In this document: positions 24,646 to 26,221 of the stretch, piece by piece
Numbering within the stretch: position 1 is the stretch's first letter
How the letters are laid out: each line of letters begins with the position of its first letter
Source of the DNA: Polyangiales bacterium
Lineage (GTDB): Bacteria; Myxococcota_A; Polyangia; Polyangiales; Houyiibacteriaceae
Length of the DNA stretch: 26,221 nucleotides
Direction of reading: 5' to 3'
Assembly: GCA_045106895.1 (NCBI GenBank)
Contig: JBGCFM010000064.1
Coordinates: 1-26,221, forward strand
Notes under the pieces: generated by a model
What the model saw: only the letters and a program-made list of their open reading frames with translations
The model's database searches: none
Told to the model about the DNA's origin: nothing
Program-made: the position numbers and the translations under genes

Positions 24646-25677
24646 GTGCGAGGCCTACTCGCCGCCACGTTGCTCGGACTCATGTGGGCCGTCACTTCGC
24701 CTCTGGGGTCGACGGACATTGCGCCACAAAGTGCGTCGACCCGGCTGATGGGCTTTGCCCTGGGTCTGTACCCGCAGGAAGCGGCGGAGCGCGGATGGAG
24801 GTATCCGCCCGACCTGCAGGAAGTACGGGCGAGCGGCGCTCGGGACATTCTCCTGACGCCATCCTGGGTGATGGGTGACATCACGTCTTCGACGATGGGG
24901 CCCGACGCGGACACGCCGCGCGACGCCGATCTGCTCGCTACGCTTGAGGCGGCGAACCGGCTAGGACTCGGCGTCTCCTTGATGCCCTATCTGCGAATTC
25001 GCGAAGCCGGCGAAGGCGAGTGGCGAGGAAGCGTTCGACCCTTGGACCCGAATGCTTGGTGGAGTGAGTATGAAGACTTCCTCCGCCACTACGCGGCGCT
25101 CGGTCGAGGACGCATCAAGGTGTTCGTGATGGGAAGCGAGCTCAGCTCCATGAGCGGCGACGAGTGGGAGACGCGGTGGGCGCGCCTCGCAGGAGAGCTT
25201 CGAGGCCTGGGAGTCGAACGACTCGCGTTCGTTGCCAACCATGACGCCCTTGACCTGCAGGCTCCGTTTGAGTTCGTTGATGTCGCTGGGGTGAGCGCGT
25301 ACTTTCCAGTCTCGGGCGACGCCGAGCGTGCTTGGCAGGACCACGCAACACGCCTCGAACGATTCGCCGCCGAGGTCGCTCGACCGCTGGTGATCTTTGA
25401 GCTTGGATTCCCCAGTCGCCAAGGAGCCCTTGAGCGGCCTTGGGACCACATCGCTGGAACACCCGTCGACGTTGAAGCGCAAGCGCTCGGATACCGAAGC
25501 GCGACGAACGCCCTCGCCGACGTAGAGTGGCTTGAGGGTCTGTTCTTTTGGGCTTGGTACGGTGAGGGCGGCCCGCATGACCGCTCGTACTCCCCCCGGG
25601 GGAAGCCGGCGATGCGCTCAGTGCGGGCGTTCTTTGAGGGCTTTGGCGAAACGGTGGATACCTTGGACGGAACCTGA
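24646..25677 (+). CDS. Secreted glycoside hydrolase family 113-like TIM barrel
   Basis: Signal peptide. GLGVSLMPYL, WRG.VRP, WWSEY, VMGSEL (acid/base Glu), ANHD, GVSAYFP, IFELGFPS (nucleophile Glu), GLFFWAW, YSPRGKPA. Confidence 0.85.
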   Translation: MRGLLAATLLGLMWAVTSPLGSTDIAPQSASTRLMGFALGLYPQEAAERGWRYPPDLQEVRASGARDILLTPSWVMGDITSSTMGPDADTPRDADLLATLEAANRLGLGVSLMPYLRIREAGEGEWRGSVRPLDPNAWWSEYEDFLRHYAALGRGRIKVFVMGSELSSMSGDEWETRWARLAGELRGLGVERLAFVANHDALDLQAPFEFVDVAGVSAYFPVSGDAERAWQDHATRLERFAAEVARPLVIFELGFPSRQGALERPWDHIAGTPVDVEAQALGYRSATNALADVEWLEGLFFWAWYGEGGPHDRSYSPRGKPAMRSVRAFFEGFGETVDTLDGT

Positions 25678-25736
25678 AACCAGAACCTGAACCAGAACCT
25701 GAACCTGAACCAGAACCTGAGCCGGTAACTGAGCCT
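25670..25736. repeat. Hexamer tandem array (GAACCW)n
   Basis: About 11 units: GAACCT, GAAACCA, GAACCT, GAACCA, GAACCT, GAACCT, GAACCA, GAACCT, GAGCCG, GTAACT, GAGCCT. Confidence 0.9.
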
Positions 25737-25754
25737 CTAAATCGGAGAAACGGC

Positions 25755-25917
25755 GGAGGGGTCTTCGTTTTCTTCAGACCCTTATGGCGCACATTCCGCG
25801 CCAGTGTTTTGTGGCGACTCGGGTGGACTTGGTGTTTCTCTTTTGAGTCTGATGCCTCAAAACGCTGTCACGGAATCTGCGCCGTGTAGGGGCAATGAAG
25901 AAAACGAAGACCCCTCC
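25755..25917. repeat. Long imperfect inverted repeat (~65-70 bp arms, ~24-nt loop)
   Basis: 25755-25776 GGAGGGGTCTTCGTTTTCTTCA is the exact reverse complement of 25896-25917. Similarity continues inward to 25820/25845. Confidence 0.9.
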
Positions 25918-26221
25918 TTTTGGTTCCAATCACAACTTCCGGGCGCTGGATGCGGCTTACTCGCTGATATCCGCTTTGGCGCCGGTGGTCGTAGCCGTCG
26001 GTCGCCATGACCGGTCGCTCCGGGACCAACTCCGCCGGGCTGGCTCCAGCATTCCTCTGAACTTGGCCGAAGGCTACGGCCAGGCCGGCGGCCACGAAAA
26101 GCAACGCTTCCTCACGGCCCTCGGCTCCACCCGCGAAGTCGCCGCCATCCTCGAGGTCGCCAAGCGCTGGGGCTACGTCTCCTCCGCGGATGCCGACGAG
26201 GCCCTTCAAGTCCTCGACGGC
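25895..26221 (+). CDS. Four-helix-bundle protein (23S rRNA intervening-sequence protein / Avd-like), 3' end outside the window
   Basis: Manual translation: MKKTKTPPFGSNHNFRALDAAYSLISALAPVVVAVGRHDRSLRDQLRRAGSSIPLNLAEGYGQAGGHEKQRFLTALGSTREVAAILEVAKRWGYV... Carries the family signature DQLRRA.SS..LN.AEG...RF..A.GS..E. Absent from the ORF track because it has no stop in the window. Confidence 0.9.
   Translation, partial: MKKTKTPPFGSNHNFRALDAAYSLISALAPVVVAVGRHDRSLRDQLRRAGSSIPLNLAEGYGQAGGHEKQRFLTALGSTREVAAILEVAKRWGYVSSADADEALQVLDG

Noticed and set aside
25670..25736. CRISPR array or DGR template/variable repeat
   Set aside because: Units are 6 bp with no spacers. No cas or reverse transcriptase genes, and no adenine-specific mismatched repeat pair was seen.
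25142..25792. 216-aa ORF with a GSGSGS tract
   Set aside because: Product of the hexamer array and inverted repeat read antisense to GH113. Its KKTKTPP match to the four-helix-bundle N-terminus is just the DNA repeat.
25804..26209. ORF-track calls 25804-26010 (+) and 25868-26209 (-)
   Set aside because: Alternative frames of the four-helix-bundle gene starting at 25895, which carries the family signature.

Overview
GC-rich bacterial chromosomal segment, most likely from a myxobacterium (Myxococcota, probably Polyangia). This is inferred from MYXO-CTERM-like tails, a DUF2330 protein, a Pph1-like PP2C phosphatase, many Cys-rich lipoproteins and sigma54-type promoters. About 28 CDSs mix housekeeping genes (lipA, a LeuB-family dehydrogenase, EVE, PP2C, MFS) with envelope and accessory genes (amidase, DUF547, GH113, Tat-exported cytokinin-dehydrogenase-like oxidase, Npt-type nucleotide translocase, TetR/desaturase pair). 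No rRNA, tRNA, CRISPR array, transposase or integrase was recognised. Three observations stand out. (1) A candidate sigma54-driven ~110-nt small RNA at 15456-15564 has two C-rich anti-Shine-Dalgarno loops and a possible target in the window. (2) A cassette at the right edge combines a hexamer array, a ~65-bp inverted repeat and a four-helix-bundle (23S-IVP/Avd-like) gene that the ORF track missed. (3) An amidase polyprotein has an internal MYXO-CTERM running directly into a second lipoprotein signal peptide. All family calls come from motifs read by eye; no searches were run.
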